From NCBI RefSeq assembly GCF_009914755.1, contig NC_060930.1: DNA of 64,000 bases. One strand, given 5' to 3'. A program made the translations under genes and the position numbers. Source of the DNA: the human T2T-CHM13v2.0 reference genome, Homo sapiens. Shown piece by piece: positions 62,155 through 64,000 of this stretch (within the stretch, counting starts at the first letter, position 1; every line of letters begins with the position of its first letter). The notes below the pieces were generated by a model. That model saw only the letters and a list, made by a program, of their open reading frames with translations, was not told the origin of the DNA and did not search any database.

Positions 62155-62342
62155 GAGAGCACAGATCCTGGAGGTACTGCAATACCAGGTCTATGTGTGG
62201 AGTGGATGGAGCATGCTCCTATTCCATCTCCCTGCTCCAAAAATCCATTTAATATATTGTCCTCAGACAAAGGACGTATCAGATATTAAACTGATAAGAA
62301 GAGACACTGTACTTGATCTTAGGCAAAAAGCCAAGAAGCAAT
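62155..62342 (-). pseudogene. RNU2: U2 snRNA retro-pseudogene, full length
   Basis: The reverse complement matches U2 end to end (ATTGCTTCTTGGCTTTTTGCCTAAGATCAAG...ATTTTTGGAGCAGGGAGATGGAATAGGAG...GTATTGCAGTACCTCCAGG). Sm site intact. Branch-point pairing GTAGTA is mutated to ACAGTG (62305-62310). The upstream flank is old L1, with no snRNA promoter seen. Confidence 0.93.
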
Positions 62343-62693
62343 TTTAAAAAGGTGTTAATGATCATCTCTTTTTATTATTACATTTCTTGATGTAGGACTC
62401 ATTTCACACATGTGCTGAGCACTCAGTGAGCTACTTCAACCTGCAGACTCACGTTTTTCAGTTCTGATGTATTTGCATAAATTATTTTTTTGTTAATTTC
62501 CTCTCTTCATTTACTCTGTTTTCTCTGTCTGGAATTCCTATTTGAAATATTGGGCCTCCTGGACAGATCTTCTTTCTCTTTTCCTTCTTTTCAAATTTTC
62601 CATCCTTAAATTTTACTTTCTGGGAGATTGTCTTAAATGTGCTTATATTTTTCAATTTCAAATTTTTATTTCTGTCACAATAAATATTTTAAA

Positions 62694-62859
62694 TTTTCCT
62701 TCCTTCCTTCCTTCCTCTTTCCTTCTTTCCTTCCCTCTCTCCCTTCTTCCCTCCCTCCCTCCTTCTTTCTCTTTCTTTCCTTTTCTTTCTTTCTTTCTTT
62801 CTTTCTTCTGTCTTTCTCTCTCTCTCTCTCTCTTTCTTCCTTTTTTTTTTTTTTTTTTT
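62694..62859. repeat. Polypyrimidine (CTTC/CTTT/CT)n tract derived from an Alu tail
   Basis: About 165 nt of almost pure C/T next to an antisense AluJ. Confidence 0.9.
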
Positions 62860-63139
62860 GACAGGGTCTTGCTCTGTCATGCAGGCTAGACTGCAGTGAT
62901 ATGATCATGGCTCACTCTAGCCTTGACCTCTTCGGCTCAAGTGATCCTCCCACCTGAGCCTCCTGAGAAGTTGGGACTGCAGGTGCATGCCATCACACCT
63001 AGCTAATTTTTTATTTTTTGTAGAGACAGGGGTCTCCCTATGTTGCCCAGGCTGGTCTTGAACTCCTGGGCTCAAGTGATCCTTCTACCGCAGCCTCCCA
63101 ACATGCTGGGATCACAGGCGTGAGCCACCATGCCCAGCT
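62860..63139 (-). mobile_element. AluJ
   Basis: Alu match. Confidence 0.9.
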
Positions 63140-63159
63140 AGAGGAGTTTTCTTTCTTTG

Positions 63160-63496
63160 TTTTTTTTTTTTATTATACTTTAAATTCTAGGGTACACGTG
63201 CACAATGTGCAGGCTTGTTACATATGTATACATGTGCCATGTTGGTGTGCTGCACCCATTAACTCGTCATTTACGTCAGGTATTTCTCCTAATGCTATCC
63301 CTCCCCACTCCCCGCATCCCACGACAAGCCCCAGTGTGTGATGTTCCCTACCCTGTGTCCAAGTGTTCTCATTGTTCAGTTCCCACCTATGAGTGAGAAC
63401 ATGCGGTGTTTGGTTTTCTGTCCTTGCGACAGTTTGCTCAGAATGATGGTTTCCAGCTTCATCTATGTCCCTACAAAGGACATGAACTCATCCTTT
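63160..63496 (-). mobile_element. L1PA 3' end interrupted by LTR12
   Basis: T-tail, TTATTATACTTTAAATTCTAGGGTACACGTGCACAATGTGCAG...GGACATGAACTCATCCTTT. Confidence 0.92.
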
Positions 63497-64000
63497 TGAG
63501 AGGTGACAGCGTGCTGGCAGTCCTCAGAGCCCTCGCTTGCTCTCCGCACCTCCTCTGCCTGGGCTCCCACTTTGGCGGCACTTGAGGAGCCCTTCAGCCC
63601 ACCACTGCACTGTGGGAGCCCCTTTCTAGGCTGGCCAAGGCCAGAGCCCGCTCCCTTAGCTTGCAGGGAGGTGTGGAAGGAGAGGCGTGAGCGGGAACCT
63701 GGACTGCGCGCCACGCTTGCGGGCCAGCTGGAGTTCCAGGGGGGCGTGGGTTTGGTGGGCCCCGCACTTGGAGCAGCCAGCCCTGCCCCTGGCCAGGCGG
63801 GGCGCCCGCTCCAATCCGACAGACTCACAGGAACCCATGGAGGCGGGGGAAGGCTCAGGCATGGCGGGCTGCAGCCCGAGCCTCCCCGACAAATGCCGCC
63901 CCCTGCTCCAGGGCGCCCAGTCCCATCGACCGCCCAAGGGCTGAGGAGTGCGAGTGCATGGCGCAGGACTGGCAGGCAGCTCCACCTACAGCCCCGGTGC
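63497..64000 (+). mobile_element. LTR12C-like (ERV9) LTR, 5' part, with internal rearrangement; runs off the window
   Basis: TGAGAGGTGACAGCGTGCTGGCAGTCCTC...GGCAGGCAGCTCCACCTACAGCCCCGGTGC; CpG-rich. Confidence 0.92.

Overview
Primate (human-like) intergenic DNA, more than two-thirds interspersed repeats: about 70 Alus, L1s and L2s, and a nest of ERV1/MaLR LTRs over the first 11.4 kb. I see no intact protein-coding gene; almost all ORF-track entries are Alu, L1 or LTR read-throughs. Recognisable gene-derived sequences are a SERF2 processed pseudogene (~101-495), an apparently full-length AP4S1 processed pseudogene with its long Alu-rich 3' UTR (~58069-61782), a full-length U2 snRNA retrocopy (62155-62342, minus strand) and a short U6-like fragment. 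The main discovery is in the AP4S1 retrocopy. Its inverted Alus carry more than 30 A-to-G changes on the mRNA (+) strand whatever the Alu orientation, which looks like an ADAR hyper-edited mRNA reverse-transcribed into the genome. Other points: a twin-primed L1 with a triplicated target site, several templated-insertion scars, a probable inter-Alu gene-conversion tract, and a motif-rich candidate enhancer. Repeat subfamily names and parent-gene comparisons come from recalled consensus sequences, not from a search.
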